In this document: one piece after another, positions 31,971-32,866 of the stretch
Position numbering within the stretch: the stretch's first letter is position 1
Layout: each line of letters opens with the position of its first letter
DNA from: Octopus bimaculoides
Taxonomy: Eukaryota
Length of the DNA: 32,866 nt
Direction of reading: 5' to 3'
Assembly: GCF_001194135.2 (NCBI RefSeq)
Contig: NC_068983.1
Span: 30,581,065 to 30,613,930, forward strand
Notes under the pieces: generated by a model
What the model saw: only the letters and a program-made list of their open reading frames with translations
Told to the model about the DNA's origin: nothing
The model's database searches: none
Program-made: the position numbers and the translations under genes

Positions 31971-32524
31971 TATGAAGAACAACCAGTAAATTAAACAGAA
32001 GTACTTAGTAGTATTCATATCCAATCTAGCTATCTATCTTTAAGGACCACTTTGCTAGTCATTCTTATGGTGTTGATAAAGTACCAAAATGCTGGGGATC
32101 AATATTATCAACTAAAGGAGTAATCGAATACTTGTTCCTGATAAATTTGTGACTGTGGCTCTACATAGTCACTTGACTAGCTAAACATGGCAGCCAAATC
32201 TCTTAAATAATATGTTACTGTAGAAACAAAGCAAAAGGTTCCAAATGTATTATAAGTCTAGAGGGTGCTACTGGACATGTGTTGTTGTGCTGAGTATACC
32301 AAACAAGTTACTCATTTTAGTCTTCTATTAGAATTCTGTTCACTTTTATGATGCTATATAAGAATATGTATGGCATTCCTTCGATATTGGTCTACAGAGT
32401 GTCATTGTAAGGAGATGACGTCATTCACCCTCTTTTTCAGCTTAGCCTCTTTATCTATGTCATGAGGGGAGGTTTATGGGTGAATGAAGTTGTGTACCAT
32501 TATTAAAGGATTGCATATATATAT

Positions 32525-32790
32525 ATCACGTCTGGTCTTATAGCCTTTTCCGTTTGATTTCCTGTCTTGTTTTCTGTCCGCCACTACATTCCTCCATGGT
32601 ACAAATTTAATTTGTGGTCCGTCGGAAGAGCCATTTTAACGATGTGTCCTGCCCTAACTCTTTGAAACGCCAGTGTTAGAATGGTGGCAGCTGATGAAGG
32701 AAAATGTTCTTTATGTGGCCTGTGTGTTTTCTGTACTCTGGTTATTATTTTTTTGTCTACATTTTGTTTGCAATGTCTTGTACCCAGATA
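32525..32790. repeat. Unclassified interspersed repeat, possibly a Penelope-type terminal region
   Basis: A GC-richer block between (TA)n tracts that contains GAAACGCC (32664) and CTGATGA (32691). The family was not identified. Confidence 0.3.
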
Positions 32791-32866
32791 TGCATCTATA
32801 TATACAGGTAGATGTAGGTATGCACATACATGTACGTATATATGCATATACTCATTTATTATTTGT

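Noticed and set aside
28500-32866. First coding exon of NHEJ1
   Set aside because: No convincing match to the XLF N-terminus (W..L...LL.K...SDL..VW.E) was found by eye, so it is presumed to lie upstream of the window.

Overview
Eukaryotic, AT-rich, repeat-dense, gapped draft sequence. The SINE, RTE and microsatellite repertoire points to an Octopus (coleoid) genome, which is inferred and not tested. No ORF in the supplied track reveals the main gene, but six minus-strand exons splice in frame into NHEJ1/XLF (Cernunnos): 28492-28298, 28052-27914, 25487-25426, 24443-24323, 8836-8673 and 6209-6117. The first coding exon was not found and probably lies beyond the right edge. The 15.5-kb phase-1 intron holds an intact same-strand terminal exon (16677-15920) encoding six lola-like C2H2/C2HC zinc fingers, with a phase-1 acceptor and its own AATAAA. 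It can therefore splice in frame onto the XLF head/coiled-coil and replace the disordered basic tail, giving a candidate XLF-zinc-finger isoform. This is the top finding. A third phase-1 acceptor (24220) would give a short tail-less isoform. The rest of the window is a CpG-rich 51-bp minisatellite that may lie inside a Helitron, a second non-autonomous Helitron, RTE LINE and Penelope-like fragments (one with a hammerhead-like core), at least four SINE-like families, piggyBac/Tc1/hAT MITEs, a promoter-like possible solo LTR and many microsatellites. All calls were made by eye, without database searches.
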